A DNA stretch of 64,000 bases from NCBI GenBank assembly GCA_904063045.1, contig CAJFCJ010000002.1, forward strand, positions 3,715,891-3,779,890, given 5' to 3'. The notes under the pieces were generated by a model. The model was not told the origin of the DNA and did not search any database. It saw nothing but the letters and a program-made list of their open reading frames with translations. Position numbers and translations under genes: made by a program. Shown piece after piece: positions 23,313 through 35,919 of the stretch; the first letter of the stretch is position 1; each line of letters opens with the position of its first letter. The DNA is from Dimorphilus gyrociliatus (taxonomy: Eukaryota; Animalia; Annelida).

Positions 23313-25455
23313 ATGCCGGGTCACCCTCCTCCACCCGGAGCTCACCGGTCTACAGCACAATTGTTGGATCATCATTACGATAATCCTTCTTTTGTACCTG
23401 AAGTTCAGCCAAGAATTCCCCAATCTCAACCCAGATCGAATCTAGTTTCTGAAGTTCCTCCTCCAAAACCCCACAATGGAGGTTTGTTTAGAGCGAGAGA
23501 AAAATACGGACCTCCTGGTCATCAAAAGTATGGATTAGGCAAAGATTACGTTCCAAGGTACAGAACGGATTACGGTCATAACCGTTATGGAATTAAAATG
23601 GATTCAAATGGAAATCCTATACCCAGAAGGGTAGACCCTTTTGGTGGTAAGTTTAAAAGATTTTATCTAAATTCTTCATCTTAAACTTTGAAAATTTTTT
23701 CATTTTTACTTACGTCACAATCCAAAGAGTAAGCATGTATAAAATATTTGACTATTTACTTAACCATTTGCCAAGAAAACAACCATGTATGGGATTATCT
23801 GCGACGCCGCTGAGAAAAAGAATTAGATCAACGAATTTCATTAATCATTATTTATGTAGTTAATAAAAAAAAGTCTAGCAAAGTTAGAATTTTATCTTAA
23901 GCAATATAATTCTTGTAGGTGGGAGACATCCAGGAAATTCAATTTTCAGAAGAAATCACTTTGCTAATTTCGGTAGAATTGGGCGATACGGTCCACGAAA
24001 CCTTTGTGGTTGCAGCAGAGGTATTATTGCCGCAATAGTTGGTTCTTTGTTATTACTTGCAGCAGCGGGTATTGCTTTGGGCACTTATTTTGGCATTAAA
24101 GGTAGCTATTACTCTCTCGGTGGCTTCAACTTTTCTATTGCAGAGATATTTTCTTTCAGAGGCTACTAAAAGTCCTTTACCCGCGAATCCAATGGGTCCT
24201 ATACGATATTATCAATTGAACGGAGCTTTAGTTCCATGTTGGATAAGAACAACTACACCAACCACTACAACTCCTGCTCCCACAACAACAGCTCCGACTA
24301 CAACAATAATAACAACAACCGAGCTTACGACCACAGAAGCTACTACAACTGGTTATTCCTTAATTTATTTCCAACATAATACAGTATTAAAGTAAATAAA
24401 AAATCCGATTTTCTTCAGAAGCTACAACGACTGAAGCAACAACAACTGAACCCACAACTACGATACCAACTACTACAGTTGAGCAGACGACTACTTTAGG
24501 GACGACCACTTGCTATCCTTTTACTACCGATCCTACAACAACACTTGAACCAACAACAACTGTAAAACCAACAACAACAGTCGAACCAACAACAACAGTT
24601 GCACCAACAACAACTGTAAAGCCTACAACTACAGTTGAACCAACTACTCCAAAAGCAACAACACCTAAGTTGACTACCGAACAAATAACTACCATGCTAG
24701 GTAAGTAACAACATCTCTTTATTTATTAGATGTCTCATTTATTATCTTTTTAGTTACTACGGATAATAGTACCATTGATCCAAATGCTACTGAGCCGACA
24801 AAACCCTGTAAGTAATTCAGTAAATCCAACTTTTTTGTAATTATATGTTTTAATTTCAGTTTCGAATACAACTGATGAGCTGACGACTATCGAGACAACT
24901 AGAAAACAGACTACTTTAGCTCCTACAACTACTAAGGAACCAACTACAACTGTTGAAGAAACTACAACCGTTAAAGAAACAACTACAACAGTTCGAACCA
25001 CAACTACACCAACGACAGTAGCACCAGAGACAACAACTCTAACAAGTCCCGAAACTACTTTGTGTATTTGGGTGACAACGACAGGTACAACGGCCACCAC
25101 TCCCGAACCAACGACAACAGAAGCAACTACAACAGAACCAACTACAACGGAAGCAACAACCACGGAAGAAACAACGTATATTATATAGGAAAATTTATAG
25201 TATATCATATATAATTTATAATTCTTTAACAGCACAACAGAGGAGCCAACGACGACAGTTGAACAAACTACCACAACAACGACTCCTGCTCCAACGACTC
25301 CCCCTACGACTCTAAAGTATTGTGATGAATTAACTACGTCTTATACACTCGTTACTCTTTACCCACTTTCTGCTGGAGCCATTATGAATAGGGCTTTGAA
25401 TACTTTCACTTTTGGAATATATATTGCAGTCATTTTTATTGGTTTAATATTATAA
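23313..25455 (+). CDS. Thr-rich mucin-like membrane protein (N-terminal cytoplasmic part, TM, TTxP stalk, hydrophobic C-tail)
   Basis: Exon 1 is MPGHPPPP...VDPFG. Exon 2 contains the TM IIAAIVGSLLLLAAAGIALGTYFGI. Later exons are TTTP/TTVEPTTT-rich. The last exon ends SAGAIMNRALNTFTFGIYIAVIFIGLIL* (stop 25453-25455). Confidence 0.75.
24525..24670 (+). repeat. Degenerate coding tandem repeat (TTxEPTT-type units) of the mucin stalk
   Basis: Repeated CCAACAACAAC(A/T)GT.. units. Confidence 0.8.
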
Positions 25456-25802
25456 CCGAATTTCTGATTTCTTATAAAATAAGCTTTTTTTTGGATTGAT
25501 CAGTAAACGCATTTATATATTCATTTTGCATTTTATGTTTGCCTAGATTTAGCATCAACAATCTTTAAGATGTAAAATTTGTCTAATTATGTTGGATTTA
25601 AAACTGACGGCTTCCTGAATTATCAATCAAATGGAAACAATCACTTTTATTTATATATAAAACAAGTAACCAGTTACCTCAATTATATACTAATATATTA
25701 ATATTCTAATATATAGAATAAAACAATTAATAAATCGATATATTTCCCTTTCATGAAAAATGGAATTAATAGCATATGATAATAGCATAGAAAATATTTT
25801 GA

Positions 25803-28800
25803 CTAGAAATCTTCGTCATCTTTATCATCTTCCGTAGCTGAAGTTCCCATCATATTTTTTAACGACACACCAGTTTTAGGTATTGCAATAATCGGGTGTA
25901 TAGCTGACGAAATGGAATTAAACAAACGAGGATGAATAACTTCCTGCGACGCTAATAGTTGTTTCATCCTATGTCTTTCCTGTACAAAATTACATGAATT
26001 TTAAACAGTTCAAACCATACGTTATTCTTCAATACAAACTTTCGGTAATTCAAAGCAAGCTGGACAATTTTCAGAAATAATAGGAAGATGATTCTGTTCT
26101 GCAAACTTTCTAAGCTCTTTTTCTCTGACATAAACTAGTGGTCGAATAACACGAAGATCACCCTCTCTATAACAAAACAAATATATAGATTGCAAATTAT
26201 AACATAAAGTTGTGTAACTTTTTAAAACGCTTATTACGTACTTAACAGTATAGCAGGCTTTCATCGTTCGCAAAAGACCATTATGAAATAACGACATCAT
26301 AAATGACTCGGCTAGATCATCACGATGTTGACCTAACGCCAAAACATTGTATCCCTCTCGTCTAGCAGCATGATAAATTCTTCCTCTTTTCATCCGACTA
26401 CAAAAGCTACAAATAGAAGTACAGCCTTCTCCTAATTCTTTTGCTGAACCTATTATATCTATTAGTTTTTCATTACAGAATGAAAAAAAATAATTAGGAA
26501 TTTGTGTAAGTATATAAATTTCAAGTGCTATTACCTTGTTCTTCATAAAAATACGGAACATTTAGAGAGGCAAGGTAAGCCTTTAATGGCCGCGGATTGT
26601 AGGATTCGGCTTGAGGATCAATAGTAACGGCTCCTAATTGAAACTCTATCCCCTTGAACGTCAAGAAAATTATAGAAATGACTTATATTATTTAAAAAGT
26701 TAGACATATTACATACCTTACTTTTTGCATAAAATTGATATTGATGCATAGCGTGTAATAGCGATAAAGAATCTTTACCTCCAGAAAGACATACAAGTAA
26801 CTTATCATTATTCTTTATCATAGAAAATTCTTCAATCGCCTTTAAGAGAATTAATATGGAACTATAGGCTATTTAAAAGTTAATTATAAATAAAAACCTC
26901 AGTCATCGGCTTAAAAATTGGTTTAGGAGGAGCATACCATTTGCCAACAACCATAGCGCCCCTGTCTTCCTCTTCAGTTGATTTTCTTTTTCTAATTTTC
27001 AACGGGCAAGACATTTTTTCCTTTTTTGCGGGTGGTTTATAATCATCCTCAGAAGATTTTTCCGCAACTTTTGGTATATTAACTTCAGATTTATTCTCAA
27101 AGCCACTTTCAAAGAAATCTATTAAACTCTTCTGACTATCGCTTGCTTGACTCTTAGCAAGACTTGAATCGCTTCTTCTATTGCTTGCAATAGAAGAAAA
27201 TATCTTTTTTTTGTCAGAGCTATCAACTGTATTGTTTGAATATTCTATAGGTTGAAAGGGTGAGACATGATTAATAATCATATTGGGTGTTGAAAGCAAA
27301 TCCGATATTTCCGATGGTAGAATAAACCATCTAAATTTCGAAGATTCCTCATCAAAGAGGTTTCGTTGATCTCCTAATGTAGTTTTAATCTACAGGAAAT
27401 TAAATATGTTATTCAACTTTTCAATAAAAAATATGAAGCTTTACATGTTTCCCCGCTTGGAATATCTCTTCAGCTTTACGAAGACAATCTGAAAAATTTT
27501 TTGGTAATGGTCCTCTATCTTCAATTGGAGAATCAGTATATTCCATTTTTCCATTTTTATACGTTATGTTACCCAACCACTTTCGACTTTTGAAAGTGTG
27601 TAAATTTTTATGCCGCCATTCTCCAGTTTCAGGATTAAATGTATACTAAGAAAAAAATTAATCATAACACTAAAAGTACAATATAAAAATAAGAATTTAA
27701 TTCACTTGAGGCAGTAATATCCATGCATTTTCAGCAGTCATAGCTACTGCTTCCAAAATAAAATCAATTTCCTCTTCAGGAGCAAAATAAGGTAAATTCA
27801 AACGAACAAATCCTGGACTATAATAAAATTGAAATATTAAATACTATTGCCAAGAATAATGAAATATATATCTACCGTAAAATTTCTCTATTTGAGTACT
27901 CGCCATATCTTCTCAAATGAACTCTGTCTAAACGATCATCCTCAGCTAACAATTCTTCAAACTTTTTAGCAAGTTTTTCGTCTATTCCTAACAGGTCCTA
28001 GTTCGCAATTTAACAGAGACGGTAAAAGAAGCTACTTTTAGCAAAATGAGTTTATACTTCTGCATATGGGCCGGCACAAGCGCAGCCTCCCCTTGCTTGA
28101 ATTCCAAACACATCATTTAAAACAGCACAAACAAAATTATGATGCAAAAATAATGATTTATGCTTTACAACAAAGCTGAAAATAGGTAATCGTGGAACAA
28201 CTCGACCTCCAAGAAGTTTTAAATTTTCTAAATTTTCCCATTTACTGAATGCTTTTCTAAAAGCATAAATAATTATATATAATTAATTATTTTGCGAAAA
28301 AATTCAATATATATGCTTTATACTTTGTTAAATTTTCCTCCAACTCCATAATAATGTCCGTTCCTACCGCTCGCTTTAATTGAAAAATTAAACCAACCCT
28401 TATTGATTCCACAATAGCTGGGGTACCTCCTTCTTCTCTCAACTCAACTTCTTGTTGATACCGATGACCATTTCGCCGAACCTGAAAAATATATGAATGT
28501 AAAATGTAATATGATTTTTATGATTAACATCACAACATACAAAGAAAACCGTTCCTCCTCCAGCCTCCGATGGTACTTTATTATTAAATAGCTTCTTTTT
28601 AGCTACCAGCAGACCTGTAGTTTGGATACCGCCAACAAACTTATGAGGAGAGAGAAATACTGCATCCTTGTAACACTGGGGTGTTTCTGGCCTGATAGGA
28701 CAAAGAGTATGAGTTTTCTTCTTGAATATTAAGAATGAAATTCACTTTTCTATCGGATTCATATCTATCGCCGTATATGGAGCTGCTGAAGCATAATCCC

Positions 28801-29808
28801 AAAAAGCTAAACATCCTAGAGTGTGGAGGAGAGAAGAAATTGTATCTACATCCACCAAAATTCCAGTAATGTTTGATGCCGCGCAAAAGCATCCAATTTT
28901 TAAACGGTCTGTAATAGTCTCGTATTTCTAGCAAGATAGAAGAATGTAAGTAAAGATATGAATATATACATATATATATATATATATATAACAAAATAAT
29001 CTACCCTCAGCTGTTCAAGTAAATCATTCAAGTCAATTGCTCCTTGACTATCTTCTTTTATTCGAATTATATCTGCACCTATTTCTCTCCATGGTAATAA
29101 ATTTGAATGGTGCTCATATGGGCCCACAAAAATTACCTGAAGCAATGTAATCATACACATTTGATAGAAAAGTCACATAACTCTTACAGGTGACCTATCT
29201 AAGTTTAAAGCATGAATTAGCTTATGAACAGCTCCAGTGCATCCACTTCCAGTAAATATCACAGCATCATGTTCACTTGCGTTGACAGCATTTCGCACAA
29301 TATCTCTGAAGAGTAAGCACAAAGATGTGGCTATCTTAGATAATCTCGTAAAATTACCTTGCTTCATGTCTGTACATAGTTGTTTGCAGTGATGTAACGG
29401 ATGTCGTAGTATGAGTGTTACCATATTCGGGAAGAATTTCATCGCGTATGTAATCCTCAATAAATTGAAGTGATCTGATGTAATGTAATCTAACATGAGA
29501 ACAACTTTGAATCACATAGAAATATTAGCTTACTTTCCAGATGCCGTATAATCCGTATAAACAACTAGAAATATTTTTATTAAGAAAGTTAGCTTCTTCG
29601 AATACGTATTAATAGGCCTACCGTTTCGAAATCCGAAAGGTCCTGAAAAGACCTTTTCTCTGCCGATTACGTTTTCATATATATATTTTAGGAGAACCTC
29701 TACACTCTCCAGAGTTTCCTCGTCTTGAGAAGCGGTTTTACGGAATTTTGGGAGATCGTGAAACTTTCTCGCAACAGGCCTTTGAGAAATACTCATATTA
29801 TCACTCAT
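25803..29808 (-). CDS. Fusion protein: class-V PLP aminotransferase (SufS/CsdA-like cysteine desulfurase) + TtcA-like tRNA 2-thiocytidine sulfurtransferase
   Basis: N-half: YTDYTASGK, GNTHT, GPYEHHSNLLPW, PLP-lysine FLSPHKFVGG (~28625-28668), EEGGTP, FGIQARGGCACAGPY (~28058-28118). C-half: AIEEFSMIKNNDKLLVCLSGGKDS, CSFCSRMKRG, LGQHRDDLAES, VIRPLVYVRE, NCPAC. A 492-nt phase-0 linker exon (26898-27389) joins the halves with no stop. Stop at 25803-25805. Confidence 0.88.
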
Positions 29809-30169
29809 GTTTTTATTTAAGAGCTTTATTCGAAGACTAATAATTTGCTTGGTGACTCTTTTATTAAAAAGTATTGCTTAATTCTAATTGACTATTTTAA
29901 AAAAATAATCCAATTCAAAAGAACAGATATTTTATTGGCTATTTCTTTTAAAAACTACCACGTATTTAAGAAAGTAGCCTATAGAGGGCACCCTTTTCAT
30001 ATAGGCCTACTAACTGAAGTTGCAAAAGTGAATTATGCTTAACACGCTGAAAAAGATAATTTTTTTTTAGTTAAAAATTTGGTCAGTGCTAGATTATAAT
30101 ATATTTTATTTTATTATATATTTAAAATCTATATTTTGAAATTCGAAAACGACCTTTGAAAACCTGTAT

Positions 30170-30190
30170 CCGGTCTTTTTCGTCGTCGTG
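30170..30190 (+). promoter_or_regulatory. Putative TCT/5'TOP pyrimidine-tract initiator of RpL19
   Basis: GTCTTTTTCGTC lies about 25 nt upstream of the RpL19 ATG; such tracts are typical of ribosomal protein genes. Confidence 0.5.
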
Positions 30191-30204
30191 CTGAAAACAT
30201 TGGC

Positions 30205-31158
30205 ATGAGGTTATTAATTATCTCATTTTTATACGTGTTATAAGCTATATATACCTTAATTTTAATACCAATTTAGTCGGTTGTGTTTTTGTAGTTCACA
30301 TTGTTCAAATAAACTGAAAAATACTTTTATAAAAAGACTATAAAGTGTAAATTTATTTTCAGTACCCTGCGATTGCAGAAGAGGTTGGCGGCCACCGTTT
30401 TGAAATGCGGTAAAAACAAAATTTGGCTTGATCCTAATGAAACGAACGAAATTTCCAACGCAAACTCTCGTAAGTGTCAAACTTTCTGGATAATATTCAT
30501 CATTACTTGACATCTGACGTGATGGCACAATACAGACGTCATGAAACTCAGATGTCATCGTCAAATTTTATACTATATATACATTGATAGTAAAAGCATA
30601 TCTTTCTTTGCAACAGGACAAAACGTTCGTAAATTAGTTAAGGATGGTCTGATTATTCGCAAGCCTGTCGCAGTTCATAGTCGGGCCCGAGTTCGTAGAA
30701 ACGCTGAAGCTCGCAGAAAAGGCCGACACTGTGGAACCGGAAAGAGAAAGGGTACGGCTAACGCTCGTATGCCTGAGAAGATTCTTTGGATGAGAAGAAT
30801 GCGAGTATTGAGACGTTTGTTGAAGAGATACAGAGATTCTAAAAAAATTGATAGACATCTCTACCATGTTCTCTATTTGAAGTGCAAGGGTAAGTAAACT
30901 ATCCATCTCTTTTGCTGATCTATAATAATCTTTCCATAACTAATAGGTAACGTCTTTAAAAATAAGCGTGTGTTGATGGAACACATCCATAAAAAGAAGG
31001 CGGAACGTGCCAGAAGCAAACTTTTGGCTGATCAAGCTGAAGCCAGAAGACACAAGGTTAAGGAAGCTAGAAAGAGACGAGAGCAGAGAATTGCTGATAA
31101 GAAGCAAGAACAGTTGAGGCTCTACAGCAAGGAAGATTCCGCAACCAGTAAAAAATAA
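30205..31158 (+). CDS. RPL19: 60S ribosomal protein L19 (eL19), 4 coding exons
   Basis: MS|[35 protein letters not shown]|[53 protein letters not shown]...|[19 protein letters not shown]... Confidence 0.98.
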
Positions 31159-31516
31159 GTGAATACCATTTAAGAAATACACTTTATTTTTGGCTTGAAT
31201 GTAAAAAAATGTATTTCTAAGAGTTCACGTGTATTCGGTTTATAATACGGGAAAGCGCACATACAATGAATTTTTGAAAATCATTTTTAAGATGCAATCA
31301 AATCTTTTCTAAAATTGTATTAATCCGGAATTAAAGTATTCACACGAACTAAGTTTTTTGTAGTTGTTCTATAATCAGAAAAATATAGGTTCATCATTTG
31401 CAGGTATGCCTCAGAATTAAAATGCCAAAATATTTTTTAAAAACATGCATGGCACATGGTAGTAAACTAACTAAAAATTATAGACATATTATGTTTGAGA
31501 CAGCGGATCTTAAGAA

Positions 31517-33661
31517 TTAAAAATGATTTTCATCATCTATTTCCTTTGCTCTTCCATCTATACTTTCAACTTCATAGATGCTCTCATGCTTTGCTAAAAT
31601 TCTGAGCAATGGTCTCAAATTCATCCACCACGCTTTTTCATTACACATTCTCCTGTTAAAATCAGAAATAGAGATAAGCTCCGTTACTGGTGTAAAACAG
31701 CTGATTCTCTTTCTGAGACCCAGCAAAGTTGCAGTCTCAGGTTTATCGGTGTAGACATCGTGACCACCTTCAGCGCCGGTCCTGCACTTTTTTACCATGT
31801 CAGTTAGCCAATCGACGCATTTTGCAGCCATTTTGGTTCCCATGTTACGGTCAAATGGCGAGGGAACTCCACCCTATTATTGTTATTATTATTAAAAGTT
31901 AATTTTGGTGAAACGAAAAATTCTCAAAGCTTAAGTACCTGTTGCATGTGACCAAGAACGTTCATACGACAACTGAAAATTTTTTTACCTTCTTCCATAT
32001 AGAGTCTATTGATGAATTCAGTCGTATAGTTTTTGTTCGCCTTTTCATTTCTGAAAATAAAGTGTTTTTTATGAATTTAATTTATTGAAATAACTAAATG
32101 TTTTCCCCTTCCCCACCAAACAAAAAGACAGTCTTATACTATCAACATTACGATCTTTGTCCTCCTTCACTAAATAACTTATATATGAAATGTGTGGTAT
32201 AGTTCTCGTTTGCTCTTTCGCTTCTTTAAAGTGGATTTAATTCACTTAAATACTCTGCAGATGATACATAAAATAACTCTCACCTCAATACTAAACCTCG
32301 CTTAACTCCATCTTTAATTTTGGCTGCCATATGCTTAACATCCTTTTGAAGATCCTCAATTTTGAAATCCTCTTCAAAGATATAGGCCGCATCGGCTCCA
32401 CCAGCTAAACCAGCGAGGGTCGCTAAATAGCCACAATAACCTCCCATTGTTTCTACAACAAACACACGATTTTTTGTGCCAGCGGCACTTTGCTTGATTC
32501 TATCGCAAATATCTGTTATTTCGTTAAGAGCAGTGTCAGCTCCTAACGAAAAGTCAGTTCCGGGTACGTTATTAGATATAGTTGCTGGAATAACGGTCAT
32601 TGGTATGCAAAATTCTTTAAAATCTTTTCTTGCAGCTTCCAACAAGACCACGGAATGGAAGGCTTCAAAGCCACCAACAATTAAAAGGCCATCAATCTTG
32701 TGCTCCTTTAGTTTGCTAGCGATTACGCTAAAACCAATCTCATTTGGTAGAGTTCTATTTGTTCCCAAACGAGCACCTCCGATTCCTGCCCAACCGTGTA
32801 CTTCGGTCCATCCAAGATGATGAACATCTCCTATTTTTAATCCTTCGAATCCATCATGAATTCCAATAACTCCATATCCGCTGGTTAAACTCAGTCGAAC
32901 GAACGCTCTCATAGCAGCATTCATACCACAGGCTGGTGCACCGACGCTCATAATACCCAAATTGTAAGGAAGCTGGAAAATATGAAATCTTGAAAATTTA
33001 ATTAATAAAAAATATACTAGAGTTCAATTTCAAGATTTCTTGTCTCTTTTTTTTTTTACATACAGTGTATAAAAATGATTTTTTCTATTTAGCATACTGT
33101 TTGTATCTTTAAATTGGATTGAGAACAGTAGAAGCAAAAGAATACGAAATGAACTCGCCAATGCGGCTGACGAACAAGCAAGAATGTTTTAAAAATGTGC
33201 TTTAATAAATAAACAACTTTAGAGAAGAGAATTTACAAAACTAAGCACAAAATATACATATAAAGGTTTGCATGGCTTACCAATTGGATTTGCTTTTCGG
33301 ATTTCTTAATAATTATAAATTATTTTTTATTAGACACTTTTTACGAAATAAATATACTATTTTCTTTAATTACTAATAACCTCCCTAACAAATTTACATA
33401 TGCAGCTAATATAATAAATGTAATATCAATATAGAAAGTATTCTAGATAGATAGATTGACATACCGCATGACGGGTTCCCTCAAGATCAGAAAGCTCAGA
33501 AGGCGGCTTAATTTTACTAAGCATTCGATAAGTATCCAGGTTATTCATGAAGCTCCTGCGAAGCGTATTGTTATGCAATTAAATTTATAGAAGTTTATCT
33601 AGTGATTAATCATTCTTTATAAGAATTAATAATTATTAGATAGAGCATGTAAAATGAATTA

Positions 33662-33703
<42 letters not shown>

Positions 33704-35919
33704 TCTACAATATAAATGAAAATTATATACAGTATAATTAAATAAACCAAGTTAATTATTGGAATTAATAAATCAGTCAGGTGTTTTCTAGATTTTTAAA
33801 CAATAAAGCTATTATAATCGGGATTAAAAGCTTTTTTTTATTTTTTACAGTTTCATACTTTTTCTTTAGTTTTCGGTTCAACTTTATGTAAAAGACGATA
33901 CCAAAAGATGTTATCTGTAAAAGTTCTATAGGTTGGAGGATAAGTTGCGAAGGGAGAAGCTCAATATTTTGTTATTTATCTTTTAACTCAGTGTTTAATT
34001 AATTTATGAAAAATAAAAAGAATAACGTTTCAGGTGTATAAAAATAAACTGTGCTTACCTTCCCCGCAGTTTTACTGCATCGGTAAAATCCTGTTTGTCC
34101 ATCGTCGCCTGAACGCGTTTCGTTCTCTCTACGCATTCCAGAAGGGGAACTCTTACAGTTTGATTACCGTCCAAAGATACAACGCACGCTGGTGTATCAG
34201 GTGTAGCATCCATTAACGCCAAAACGGCTTCGGCGCCCATTCTGCAACCTAAGACTCTATCAAAAGCTGATGGACTTCCCCCTCTTTGAACATGGCCTAA
34301 TATGGTTACTCTTGTATCATATTTTAACTCAGTGATGATTAAATCCTTAACCATGTCGCACGTAATCTTATTGCCCTCCATATCAACTGCTCCTTCGGCT
34401 ACAATTATAATGTTTAGTCTTTGACCCATAGATCTCTCTTTCTGTAATTTGTTGCAGAGAACGTCTCTCCAACCCGTTTCTGGAGGCCATTCAGGAATAA
34501 ACACCCAATCAGCTTCACTAGCCAGGGCAGCTACGAGGGCAAGGTATCCACAATGCCTACCCATAACTTCCATAACAAAGCAACGCTGATGAGAAGAAGC
34601 CGTTGTTGCAATGTTATCGATAGCCTCAATGATTCTATGAAGAGCAGAGTCTGCACCGATAGTCATATCAGTACCGCAAAAATCATTGTCGATAGATCCA
34701 ACCATGCCTACTATGTTCAAGTGGCTACATAGTTCTGCAGTTTCTTTTGTAATTTTCCCAACAGAAATAAGTTCATCAAGTAGAGATGTCCATTCTTGTC
34801 GAAATAAGTTAGCTCCAGTCAAACTACCATCGCCTCCAATAACAACCAAATTGGTGATTTTTCTCTCAATTAAGTTCAAAGCTGCTTTTAAACGACCCTC
34901 CCTTGTTCTAAAATCTTTGCATCTAGCGGATCCAATTACAGTTCCACCTTTCTGCATTATACCTGAAACGGTCTTCCATTCGGCCTCAATAAAGTTTTCT
35001 CCTCCATCAACCATACCTTGATAGCCCTAGTATTAAAAAATAAATAGTTAATTTCTTCCAAAAGAACAAGTAGTATAAATTTTCAATATAAACCTCTTTG
35101 ATTAAGTAAACTTTACATCCCACATAAATTCCCATTCTCGCTACGGCTCGAACAGCCGAATTCATTCCTGGAATAAAAGAATTCTTATTAAAATAATAGA
35201 GCATTTTGGCAATCAAATCTTCGTAACGTTGTTAATTGAAATTTGTTTTTCTTTTCTTATTTGAAAAGCCCAAGTAGTTCATTCGTTGATATTAATTTAA
35301 TATATCTTCACAATAATACTGAGATTATGACTATCTTAGTGATATTTAAAATTTGGTGAATAAAGTCCTTTTGACTTTAATGCCATTTACAAACATACCA
35401 CAAGAGTCGCCTCCAGAAGTAAAAACTGCAATTGATCTGTGTGCGTCTGAGAATTCGTTCTTCCATGCTCTCTCACTGATTTGCCGTCTCAATTTCCTCT
35501 TAGATTTAATGTCACTCATTTTTTTTAAATAACCTTCAACTTTCACCTACAAAGCAGGATGAACTAAGACTGGCACAATGATGGCCTTAGATAATACTGG
35601 CCATTCTGAGTGCTATCAGCTGCTGTCATTACTCAATTTTATTGATTGGCGGTAAATTTGAAATAAAGAACATTTTGCAAATTGTTTTATATAGTTAAAA
35701 AGTTAGTAAAAAACATTAATAACCTTGGGCATCTCCTCCAGAAGTGAATACTGCGATTGATTTTCCTATATGAGCCCCTTTTTCTACCGTTTTCCCCTCA
35801 TTTCCCATAGTTAGACAAACACTCATCTTCTTCTCTGCTCCGAAAGAAGATCTTTTTGAATTAGCTTGGATCTCCTTAGCGTTGGGTAGATTCCCGATTA
35901 CATCTGGCGTCTCAGACAT
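31517..35919 (-). CDS. PFK: ATP-dependent 6-phosphofructokinase (eukaryotic tandem type), with two alternative first coding exons
   Basis: [13 protein letters not shown]|[64 protein letters not shown]. The C-half has [20 protein letters not shown] and [10 protein letters not shown]. Confidence 0.97.
33662..33701. repeat. (TA)n microsatellite in PFK intron
   Basis: Uninterrupted TATATA run. Confidence 0.85.

Noticed and set aside
24496-25274. Val-rich minus-strand ORFs (VVVGSTVVV...)
   Set aside because: Antisense shadow of the Thr-rich ACN codons of the mucin gene.
25803-29808. Bacterial contamination as the source of the TtcA/SufS-like sequence
   Set aside because: The gene has many canonical short GT-AG introns, host-like AT content and an intronic (TA)n, and is contiguous with RpL19.
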